Shown here: one piece after another, positions 19,593 to 27,655 of the stretch
Numbering within the stretch: position 1 is the stretch's first letter
Layout: each line of letters begins with the position of its first letter
Virus record (IMG/VR): IMGVR_UViG_3300021475_000013
Span: 1 to 61,939 of that record
Direction: 5' to 3' (one strand)
From: a virus
Lineage: Duplodnaviria > Caudoviricetes
DNA: 61,939 bases
Notes under the pieces: generated by a model
Told to the model about the DNA's origin: nothing
The model's database searches: none
Seen by the model: only the letters and a program-made list of their open reading frames with translations
Program-made: the position numbers and the translations under genes

Positions 19593-20635
19593 TTATGTTT
19601 ATTTTCGACAGTCCACAACACAGTACGTCGCAAGCTATCCTCGAATCCAACTGGTGGCACCCATCCGATCTCTCGCATAAGAGATCCATCAAGACCATAT
19701 CTGAGGTCGTGCCCAGGTCGCGAGCTATGAAAATCGACCATTTCATACTTCAAATCCTTGCCAAGGATGTCGGCGATGATTTGCGCCATTTCGAGGTTAG
19801 ATACCTCCTTGTCGCCCACTATGTTGTATTTGCCCTTAGTGCCACTTCCGTCGAGCGTTGCCCCATTTTTGAGCAAATAAAGCACTGCATCGCACACGTT
19901 GCGGGTATGAAGATAGAACCTTGTGCCTGCCTTTGTCTTATTCTTATTCGAGTGGATGCTGATCGTCTCGCCATTAAGAATCTTTTTTATGCACATCGGC
20001 ACAAACTTCTCCGCAAGCTGTCTCTCTCCAAAGACGTTCATGCAGTGAGTAATGAGCGTAGGAATCCTGTATGTGTGCGCGAACGCCACAGCCAAGTCCT
20101 CGGCGGCCGCCTTAGTTGCGGCATACGGATTGTTTCCATTGAACCTATCCCATTCCTTGTACAACACTCCCTCTGGTGCGGGTCCAAACACTTCATCCGT
20201 CGAGAAGTAAAGAAACTTTCCATTCTCGGCAAGCATCGGAAACAAACGAATCGCATTAAGAAGATTTGCCGTACCAACCACGTTGTCCTGAACGAAACCA
20301 AGCGGGTCCGTTATCGACCTGTCGACGTGCGATCCTGCGGCCATATGAACGATGTAATCAAATGGTTTTACCTTTGCTGGATCCCAATCACTCGAACCAA
20401 GAATAAGCATACGCGCGAACGAATCATTTATCTCAGCTCTTAAATCCCAATAAAAAAACTTAACTCTATGTTTCTCTGTCTTCCATATTTCCATATCGGT
20501 CAGTCGCTCGATGTTGCCCGACGTGTCAAGCCTGTCAACAGTTACGATTGACCAATCCGTATTTTTCAACAGATGCTCGATCAACTGCGATCCTATAAAA
20601 CCCGCCCCTCCTGTGATTAAAACTTTCTTGCTCAT
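19580..20635 (-). CDS. rfbB: dTDP-glucose 4,6-dehydratase-like NDP-sugar epimerase/dehydratase
   Basis: ITGGAGFIG, HMAAGSHVDRS, STDEVFG, YAATK and RPGHDLRY motifs. Confidence 0.92.
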   Translation of the reverse strand: MSKKVLITGGAGFIGSQLIEHLLKNTDWSIVTVDRLDTSGNIERLTDMEIWKTEKHRVKFFYWDLRAEINDSFARMLILGSSDWDPAKVKPFDYIVHMAAGSHVDRSITDPLGFVQDNVVGTANLLNAIRLFPMLAENGKFLYFSTDEVFGPAPEGVLYKEWDRFNGNNPYAATKAAAEDLAVAFAHTYRIPTLITHCMNVFGERQLAEKFVPMCIKKILNGETISIHSNKNKTKAGTRFYLHTRNVCDAVLYLLKNGATLDGSGTKGKYNIVGDKEVSNLEMAQIIADILGKDLKYEMVDFHSSRPGHDLRYGLDGSLMREIGWVPPVGFEDSLRRTVLWTVENKHKWLI

Positions 20636-20638
20636 ATG

Positions 20639-21460
20639 TTATTTGTTAAACGCACTCTTATAATTTTCTTTCCCTGGCATCCCTCCCCACTTCTTTACAT
20701 AATAAAATTGGTTCGCCCGAAACTGCTCATGACTCGTCGCAGGCTTATCCAACGCCTCCGTCTGTGTCTTCGATGCATAATGATAGAACAAAGATGTAGG
20801 CAATACAATCGCTTTCATTCCCGCAAGGTTAATACGATAGTGATAATCATTGTCCTCGTAATAAGCTGGCTTGAACTCCTCATCCATGGGTCCTATCTTA
20901 TCCCAGCACAATCGATTGACCATGAACGCAGAGAAGCACGGATGCTCTGCCTCTGGTACCGACTCCTTTTCTTTCAAGTCCTTTGTAAGGATATCAGTTG
21001 GTGCCGCACACTCTCCGCGTACATCCATTGATGTGACCATAGCGAGAACATTAGTCTCTGAATAACAAGCTGTCGCTGTCGGTTCCTCTCCCTGAAGGTC
21101 TACACTTTTATCCAGTACAAGATTATTTTTAGCCTTCTCAAATCTCTCAACCAACCTATCTATCGCCTCGGGATGAAGTAGTACGTCGTTGTTGATCACA
21201 AAGGCATAGTCATATCCGCGCTCAAACGCGTCCTTGATACCGAAGTTGGCCGACTTCGAGAATGCCCATCGTTCCTCATTCCTCTGATGCGCGAATGTCG
21301 ACGACACCAACTTGCCTGCCTCAACACTCGTATTGTCCGTCGAAGCATTGTCGATAAGAAGAACCCGATACTCATGCTTCGTCTTGATCGACTCTATGGC
21401 CGCCTTAGTGTATTTGTCCCACAAATTAATTACAGGCACAATTATTTGGACTTTGCTCAT
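20639..21460 (-). CDS. Glycosyltransferase family 2
   Basis: IIVPVIN, IDNASTD, VINNDV and YYEDNDY motifs. Confidence 0.9.
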   Translation of the reverse strand: MSKVQIIVPVINLWDKYTKAAIESIKTKHEYRVLLIDNASTDNTSVEAGKLVSSTFAHQRNEERWAFSKSANFGIKDAFERGYDYAFVINNDVLLHPEAIDRLVERFEKAKNNLVLDKSVDLQGEEPTATACYSETNVLAMVTSMDVRGECAAPTDILTKDLKEKESVPEAEHPCFSAFMVNRLCWDKIGPMDEEFKPAYYEDNDYHYRINLAGMKAIVLPTSLFYHYASKTQTEALDKPATSHEQFRANQFYYVKKWGGMPGKENYKSAFNK

Positions 21461-21993
21461 TGGATTGCTTTATTAAAGTCCTCTAATTTCATGCTTTTTA
21501 TCACACTACCTTTTAACCGAATAACTCTATAACCAAAATCAGTAAATAATTTATTCTTTTTCTCATCCTTTTCCTGAACCTCTGGCTTGGAGTGCCAATA
21601 ATCTCCGTCGCATTCAATAATAGTTTTTGATTGTGGCAAATAAAAATCTACCAATGCTATTCCCTTTATAGGTACTTGCTTCAAAAATGCTATCTTATTT
21701 TCAATCAACATTTTTTCGACAAGGATCTCAATGTCAGTATTGCTAAACTTTGCTTGATGCGTGGCCATATACTCTATCCGAGCCTTACTCATTTTTTCTT
21801 TTGTATCTTTATTACGTTTTTTTCCTTTTAGGATCAATCCTCTCTTTTCTCTCTCTTCAATTGGTTGAACTCTACCAAGATTTACCTTATTACCTTTCTT
21901 GAATTTATATCCAACAACCAAACCTTTGTGTGATTCGGACATCTTCTTTCTTGTTTCAAGAGACATTTTTTTTCCTAGCCAGTATCTAGTCAT
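21457..21993 (-). CDS. NUMOD3 + DUF559/Vsr-like homing endonuclease
   Basis: SLETRKKMSESHKG; VDFYLP..IIECDGDYWH. Confidence 0.88.
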   Translation of the reverse strand: MTRYWLGKKMSLETRKKMSESHKGLVVGYKFKKGNKVNLGRVQPIEEREKRGLILKGKKRNKDTKEKMSKARIEYMATHQAKFSNTDIEILVEKMLIENKIAFLKQVPIKGIALVDFYLPQSKTIIECDGDYWHSKPEVQEKDEKKNKLFTDFGYRVIRLKGSVIKSMKLEDFNKAIQ

Positions 21994-22008
21994 AAAATTA
22001 TTATACTA

Positions 22009-22230
22009 TTACTTCTTTATCTTAAAAAGCATTTGCTGTGCCAATGCGCACCCTTCCTCAAACTTCTTCATAGTCTCGACAGCAATCGCTGGATCCAAGT
22101 CTATGTACGCTGACATAAGGTCAATGAGCGCCGCGCACTGCGTCTTTACGCCGTCGGCGACATCGTTACCACTGGCTATGAAGTACCAGCCAACTCTTTT
22201 CTCTCCTAGCGTTGGATTTAATTTTGACAT
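22009..22230 (-). CDS. Small helical-hairpin protein, possibly Acb2/Tad1-like
   Basis: TLGEKRVG..F..SGND...K...AALIDL resembles Acb2/Tad1-hairpin family N-termini as I recall them; C-terminus is divergent. Confidence 0.45.
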   Translation of the reverse strand: MSKLNPTLGEKRVGWYFIASGNDVADGVKTQCAALIDLMSAYIDLDPAIAVETMKKFEEGCALAQQMLFKIKK

Positions 22231-22236
22231 CGTCCT

Positions 22237-22938
22237 CTACGTTAAAACTTTTAATACGGCCGTGAAACCGCCGTTAGCGACTTCTCCCCTTACATCCTTA
22301 AAGTGAACCCCATCCGTATACACGGTGTCGTGTGTATCTTTCAGTACCTCCTTGATCCTGATCAAGTCTTTCTGGCTATGCCACTCGCCCATGATGTACT
22401 TGATGTTCTTCAACCAGTCCTTAGCCCCCTCAAGAATATCTGGCTCGCTACCTTCGGTATCGATCTTGAGAAGGTCAATCCTTGGAAACATAGCCAGATC
22501 TACAACCGCTTCAAGCGTTATCGCTGGTACAGTCCTCGAGTAAAGAATCTCCGACCCAATTTCAGGTCTTCCAAATGTTTCCATATCAAACTTTCCTTTA
22601 ACATGATGGTTGCCCTGCCACTTGCATATGCTAAATTCTACATCCCTCAAGTTTGGATCACCTACGATCGCCGCCTCAATGTAGATAAGCTTATTGTCCG
22701 TGTTCTCTCTCAAGTAATCCATCATGGAACTCTCTGGCTCGCAAGAGATAATCTTCGCATTCGGAAAGATATTATGGGCATGAACACTGAATGCCCCTAT
22801 GTTCGCACCTATGTCGACAACGTACTCAACATCCTTGTGTGTCTCTGCAAATGATTTCAGACCATATGAATCATTGGTAATCACTTCTTGCTCGTGAGCA
22901 TCTGCATCCAGTCGAAGTTCTTCGCTAGCTTTTAGCAT
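22237..22938 (-). CDS. FkbM-family SAM-dependent methyltransferase
   Basis: VVDIGANIGAF, CEP and LLKIDTEGSE motifs; ATG at 22938. Confidence 0.9.
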   Translation of the reverse strand: MLKASEELRLDADAHEQEVITNDSYGLKSFAETHKDVEYVVDIGANIGAFSVHAHNIFPNAKIISCEPESSMMDYLRENTDNKLIYIEAAIVGDPNLRDVEFSICKWQGNHHVKGKFDMETFGRPEIGSEILYSRTVPAITLEAVVDLAMFPRIDLLKIDTEGSEPDILEGAKDWLKNIKYIMGEWHSQKDLIRIKEVLKDTHDTVYTDGVHFKDVRGEVANGGFTAVLKVLT

Positions 22939-22940
22939 AA

Positions 22941-23780
22941 TTATTTTGTTAGATCCTTGTAAAACTCCAACGGCTCTGGATTCAACGTCTCCAAGTGATC
23001 TCTCTGAGTATGATACGAATAATGCATGATCACAGCATCTCCACAAAACCATACTGGCCTATTCTTCTCTCGTGGCAATTCCCACGCAAGCGATGCTTCC
23101 TCGAGCGTGCTTGGAGTTACTTTGTCCTTTCCCCAGAATGCGATGCTACAAATCGAGAACTGGCGGAAATCATCGAACGAGAAACTTGGAATGTAATATG
23201 CATTGAGCGTTCCTTCCTCATAGCGTTTCTTGAACGTCTTATGAATCAAATCAATGAGACCGCTATCCGCGTACGCGAACTCGTGAAGATACTGACCATT
23301 GCACTCTCCTGCTTCTTTACCGAGCGCACCATTGTCCTGATGCCAACGAGTGATGATGGTGCTATTGATTACGTTCGGATAGATGAGAAATGCGTCAGGG
23401 TGCTCTATGCGCGCGCGGGCGATCTTCTCAATCGCTCCCTCCTCATACCACACAACGTCATCATCGAACCTTATGTAAATCGTATCGTCGTCATGACAAT
23501 TCTTGAAGAACTCACAGCTCCTCATCGGGTCGCAGGTCTTATACGTCGGCACAATGTTGTCTATGAAAAATCTTTTGACCTTTGGATTCTCTGCCTCCAT
23601 GCTGGCCAAATATGCAATATCGCTCTCCTTAATCGTGTTCTGCCACAACTGCCATCCGTCGATCAACCCTTTCTCCATCTCCGCGTAAATGCGCTTCTTG
23701 AAAATAGCTAGATACTTTTCTCGACCTGCTGGGGTCACTATCACGATCTTCCACTGCTTACCTGTTGCATCTGCAATCAT
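22941..23780 (-). CDS. GT-A-fold glycosyltransferase-like protein
   Basis: IVIVTPAGREKYL N-terminus, YIRFDDDVV (DxD) and HYSYHTQ. Confidence 0.7.
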   Translation of the reverse strand: MIADATGKQWKIVIVTPAGREKYLAIFKKRIYAEMEKGLIDGWQLWQNTIKESDIAYLASMEAENPKVKRFFIDNIVPTYKTCDPMRSCEFFKNCHDDDTIYIRFDDDVVWYEEGAIEKIARARIEHPDAFLIYPNVINSTIITRWHQDNGALGKEAGECNGQYLHEFAYADSGLIDLIHKTFKKRYEEGTLNAYYIPSFSFDDFRQFSICSIAFWGKDKVTPSTLEEASLAWELPREKNRPVWFCGDAVIMHYSYHTQRDHLETLNPEPLEFYKDLTK

Positions 23781-23863
23781 GTATTTATTTATTAGAAATT
23801 AATAGTCCATCCAAATATATCAAACTACAGAAATACGTAAAGGGATTAGTTATCCCCATGCCT

Positions 23864-24463
23864 TTACTCTCCGTCGATATGCTTACCAACATCCTCTAAA
23901 AGCCCCGCAACCATGTAACCTTTCTCACGAGTTCGAATGCAATAATCAACATCTTCGCCATTGCCACCTTTCATATTTGCAGGTCCGTTCTCTTTGAATG
24001 CACCGATGTCATTGATTACCGATCGCTTGAGCAACCATCCAACCGCAGGCATCTGATCCTTGATAACAAGGTTACCTCTCGTCTCAAGAACTCCATGCGC
24101 TGGATGCTTCCACACGCCGAGGATGCCTAGCTTTAGATTATCCTTATACGCCTGCAAGCATTTCTCATACCATCCATCGTGATAGATGACATCGTTATTG
24201 GAAACTAGAATGTACTCTGTATTCGAAAATCTTAGCGCATCGTTCACCGCTTTGCCCCATCCGTCATTCTTGTCATTCATAATGACTTGATGAGGGTGCT
24301 TAAAGCCATCTTGTAAAAGCCATTCGTAAAATCCTGCCTCCGTAGAATGATTATCGTAAACAATAATTTCTGCATTCGGCGTAGTCTTCCTCAACGAATC
24401 GATCGTTCTCTTTGAATACTCCAGTCTATTGTACGTCACTACAATCGTCGTCAGTGGTTCCAT
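23864..24463 (-). CDS. Glycosyltransferase family 2
   Basis: IVVTYNR, YDNHSTE, SNNDV and GEDVDY motifs. Confidence 0.9.
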   Translation of the reverse strand: MEPLTTIVVTYNRLEYSKRTIDSLRKTTPNAEIIVYDNHSTEAGFYEWLLQDGFKHPHQVIMNDKNDGWGKAVNDALRFSNTEYILVSNNDVIYHDGWYEKCLQAYKDNLKLGILGVWKHPAHGVLETRGNLVIKDQMPAVGWLLKRSVINDIGAFKENGPANMKGGNGEDVDYCIRTREKGYMVAGLLEDVGKHIDGE

Positions 24464-24465
24464 AT

Positions 24466-24651
24466 CTACAGTTGCTCAATCTTCTTAAAAAAGACTTCGT
24501 AAATCTCTCGACTCACCCTAAAAAAGTGTTCGGAATTCAAAACCTCAGTATCTTCTATATTAAGTAATCTACGAAACTCCCTAGCTAATATGATCTCCAT
24601 ATCTCGTTTAGCATCCAACGTTATCTTCACTTGTCGTTCATTCAATTTCAT
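24466..24651 (-). CDS. Hypothetical protein
   Basis: 61-aa ORF with tight spacing. Confidence 0.5.
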   Translation of the reverse strand: MKLNERQVKITLDAKRDMEIILAREFRRLLNIEDTEVLNSEHFFRVSREIYEVFFKKIEQL

Positions 24652-24653
24652 AT

Positions 24654-25706
24654 TTATATTTCTTTATCGCCACCCAATTCTTCTTCCTCCTCTTCTTCAG
24701 CAGGTGCTACTTTGAATAATTCGACCCATAAGTCCAATGCTTCAATGAGTGGCTCGAACTCCGTACCTTTCCAACGCTTCGCGGCCGCTTCGCTGAACGC
24801 CTCGAACATATCGTCATACATTCCCCATTCAATCGTCATCACGAGATAGTCCACTTCTCTGTAGAAGCTGTTCTCAAACGCGATCATCGCCTCTTCTTCC
24901 TTAGCATCTTCCTCTGGCTTCACGACAGTCTGATGCCACACGATCGGTTTACCATACACGATACGTTCGTTCCTGATTGCCATGAGACGCTGGAAGATGT
25001 ATCCGCCCCAAATATCATCATGTCTTCTGAACTCATACACTTTCTTCTGTTCTCCATGCGTATACTCAAAATTAGGTAGAAGAAGAAATGCAGGTATAGC
25101 TTGCGTCCATGCGGCCCAGTTCATGCCCGAGAGCGGTACGATGCCGTCTGCTACTTCATGCGAAGCCGTTATCATAGGGTCTTTGACCTGCTTCGTCGGG
25201 TTGGCCACGCGATCGGTGCCATACAAGTCCAATTCTCCTTCCCATAGACCAAGACTCAATATCGTCGGTCGCTCGCGCTCCACATACGGATATCCGCGTG
25301 AGAACCATCCCGTGTTCTTTATGACGTTAGTCCATCCGTGAGACTTCATCATGAGTGCCTCTAGGTGCTCTGAAATGAAGTTAGGCGGTACGACACAATC
25401 AGAATCTAGTCCCATGACGATGTCGTATCCTTCCTTCCACGCTAGCCAATGACCGAAGTTCTTGCAGGCTGATGACTTATGAAACTTCTCGAATCGTGCG
25501 TATAGTTCAGGTCCGAGTTCTTCTAGCTGTCGTGCGTAATCATATACTCGCCAATTACTTGGAAGCTCAACTTTGCCATTCGAGTCGTCGACAATGATCA
25601 CACTGACGTTCTCCTTGCCCACAGTGATGGCTTTTAATGATTCGATCCATTCCTTAGTAAGAGGAACGTGTACGGGCGCAACGATGGCTATTTTGAAATC
25701 GGGCAT
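24654..25706 (-). CDS. RGP / UDP-arabinopyranose mutase-like protein (GT75)
   Basis: SACKNFG..LDSDC, RGYPY..R..T..SLGLW, PLSGMN, RHDDIWGG and GKPIVWH are collinear with plant RGP motifs SACRCFG..IDDDC, RGYPFSLR..SHGLW, PMCGMN, RYDDMWAG and GLPYIYH (from memory). Confidence 0.78.
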   Translation of the reverse strand: MPDFKIAIVAPVHVPLTKEWIESLKAITVGKENVSVIIVDDSNGKVELPSNWRVYDYARQLEELGPELYARFEKFHKSSACKNFGHWLAWKEGYDIVMGLDSDCVVPPNFISEHLEALMMKSHGWTNVIKNTGWFSRGYPYVERERPTILSLGLWEGELDLYGTDRVANPTKQVKDPMITASHEVADGIVPLSGMNWAAWTQAIPAFLLLPNFEYTHGEQKKVYEFRRHDDIWGGYIFQRLMAIRNERIVYGKPIVWHQTVVKPEEDAKEEEAMIAFENSFYREVDYLVMTIEWGMYDDMFEAFSEAAAKRWKGTEFEPLIEALDLWVELFKVAPAEEEEEEELGGDKEI

Positions 25707-25707
25707 A

Positions 25708-25902
25708 TTATTTATTTTGTCCTTTTATCTCTTCCTTAAAATTTGCTTGAAATCCCGTTCCGCTCACGAGCTGTCGAATCTGCTCCTGCTCCTCTGGAGT
25801 ACCATCATCGGTGATGCGTGCTCTAATCTTAAGGTCTCCGTTATCTTCTTGCAAGATAACTACATCGATGAGTTCTTTGTATATCTTTAGGATTTTTACC
25901 AT
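25708..25902 (-). CDS. Hypothetical protein
   Basis: 64-aa ORF in the operon. Confidence 0.5.
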   Translation of the reverse strand: MVKILKIYKELIDVVILQEDNGDLKIRARITDDGTPEEQEQIRQLVSGTGFQANFKEEIKGQNK

Positions 25903-26773
25903 ATAGCTTTGTGAGGCACTATGTGCTTCTGATTACGATACTCCTGCAAAAACACACGCTCTGCGGTCTTATACATCGCCGCGTCCCAATTACCATTATC
26001 CTCAGGCATAAGCCCTATACCTCGCGCAACACACCAATCCTTTGCCATATCTTGATAGCTCTGCTCTTGGTTAACAGTCTGACCACTGATGTGATCACAC
26101 GCGATACCAAGGACTGCAACCTTGAATCCTGACTCGAGCATCTGTGCCGAAATCAAACGATCGTAAAAATGATGCAACGGGAAGTCCTGCCTGAATCCGA
26201 TCTTCTCCCATGCAGTGCGTCTAATGATCATCGCGCATCCATCAACCACAGCCGCAGGTGAAATATCATTACCTACCATGCCATGAGCTCGAGCTGGCGA
26301 ACCTTTCCACACTCCCTCGCCCGTAACCATGGTGTTGCCCATGAAGTTCGACGTAGTGCCTCCGCCACGGCCGCTATTGCTATCCATCTCATTCGATCCC
26401 ACGAAACCTATAAGTCCTAAGTCTGGGTACTTGTTAAACGCCTCGAGCACACGATCCTGCCATCCTTGCTCCCACACCACCAAGTCCGAGTGAAAGAACG
26501 CCACTATGTCGCCCGTGGTGTTATCCATACCCTGCTTGAACGTCGGATATACGCCTATGGACTTCTGATTGCGAACGATGTTGGCACCAGGTGCGTCTTT
26601 GTCCTCGAGCGGTATGGTTGACCCATTATCGATGATCACTAACTCCACATCGCATCCTTTGACGATCCCTTTGGCCGTGGTGATGTCTTTCTCTGAGACT
26701 GCGAACAACTGCTTGTAGACTGAACGAAAGAGTGGGTGTTGGTTGAGTACTGGTATGCAAACGCTAAGCTTCA
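25896..26773 (-). CDS. Glycosyltransferase family 2
   Basis: LSVCIPVLN, IIDNGS, FFHSDL, VVDGC and HFYD motifs; ATG at 26773. Confidence 0.88.
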
Positions 26774-26775
26774 TA

Positions 26776-27054
26776 TTATTTTGATTTCTTATTTTGTTTC
26801 TGTGGTGTACCTTTTGAAACAATCACACGCTTCTTAACATCGATGTTCTTGAACTCCACATCAAACCATTCAGTTAAAGATTCGAAATCACTCTTCAAAT
26901 CCTCGAAATCTTTCTTGTTCGCCTTGAGTGCATGTAATTCCTGACACTCCTCCCATCTCCACCTAAGAGCTCTATCAGTTCTATTAACATCAAATCGATA
27001 CTGAATGTAGAACCCTACCACGAACACCGCGATGAAAATAAAAATGTATAGCAT
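26776..27054 (-). CDS. Membrane-anchored hypothetical protein
   Basis: N-terminal TM helix followed by a coiled segment. Confidence 0.55.
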   Translation of the reverse strand: MLYIFIFIAVFVVGFYIQYRFDVNRTDRALRWRWEECQELHALKANKKDFEDLKSDFESLTEWFDVEFKNIDVKKRVIVSKGTPQKQNKKSK

Positions 27055-27063
27055 ATGTTTTTG

Positions 27064-27255
27064 TTAAACTCCTAATACCTCCCGCGCCTCTTCGATGAAC
27101 TTCTTCTCTATGTTGCGCTGAATCCGAATCTCTATGCCAGTCCTACGTGCATCCCATGCGGCCGACTGAAACATGGGAACGTGAAGCGATTTCTCCTGAT
27201 TAGTCAACATCTTTCGTGCCATCTTAACTTTCTTCTCGTGTGATAGTCTGGCCAT
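27064..27255 (-). CDS. Small basic hypothetical protein
   Basis: 63-aa ORF. Confidence 0.55.
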   Translation of the reverse strand: MARLSHEKKVKMARKMLTNQEKSLHVPMFQSAAWDARRTGIEIRIQRNIEKKFIEEAREVLGV

Positions 27256-27257
27256 AA

Positions 27258-27431
27258 TTATTTCTTTAGATCTGCGATATCCTGCTTGCTGAGCGGACGC
27301 TCGAGCTTGATTCGAACTATGTCGCGCAGATTGATGTCGAGTCCCGAGTCGATGATCTCCTGACGCTGTTGCGTGTGCAGGGTATACGGAATATGAATCG
27401 TCTTGAATTTCTTGTTTTCTTCTGTAGTCAT
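27258..27431 (-). CDS. Small putative ribbon-helix-helix DNA-binding protein (57 aa, not in ORF track)
   Basis: MTTEENKKFKTIHIPYTLHTQQRQEIIDSGLDINLRDIVRIKLERPLSKQDIADLKK; alternating KTIHIP strand followed by two helices. Confidence 0.5.
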   Translation of the reverse strand: MTTEENKKFKTIHIPYTLHTQQRQEIIDSGLDINLRDIVRIKLERPLSKQDIADLKK

Positions 27432-27454
27432 GTGTGTATTTATTCTTATAAAAG

Positions 27455-27590
27455 TAATTCCCTTTGCCGAGCCGTCGTCTTCCAGGAGTTAAGCATTGCT
27501 CGTAGCCACTACGTGCGCGCGGGCTTCACCTGTTTGCAGGATTGTTCGCACAATGATCCGCTCACGATACCAGCTCGGCGAAAGGAACTA
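27455..27590 (-). ncRNA. Putative structured RNA / leader
   Basis: ~20-bp closing stem with several internal hairpins (ATTGT-GCGA-ACAAT, CCTG-CAAA-CAGG, CGTAG-TGG-CTACG); downstream of a promoter. Confidence 0.6.
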
Positions 27591-27609
27591 CCGACCAGTT
27601 AATACCTAC

Positions 27610-27652
27610 ATTATTACCATACTCCCATCCTATATGCAAAGAGTTATCCACA
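27610..27652 (-). promoter_or_regulatory. Sigma70-like promoter for the glycosylation operon with an adjacent DnaA-box-like site
   Basis: Minus strand TGTGGATAAC-tct-TTGCAT-17nt(ending TGG)-TAATAAT. Confidence 0.55.
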
Positions 27653-27655
27653 CCC

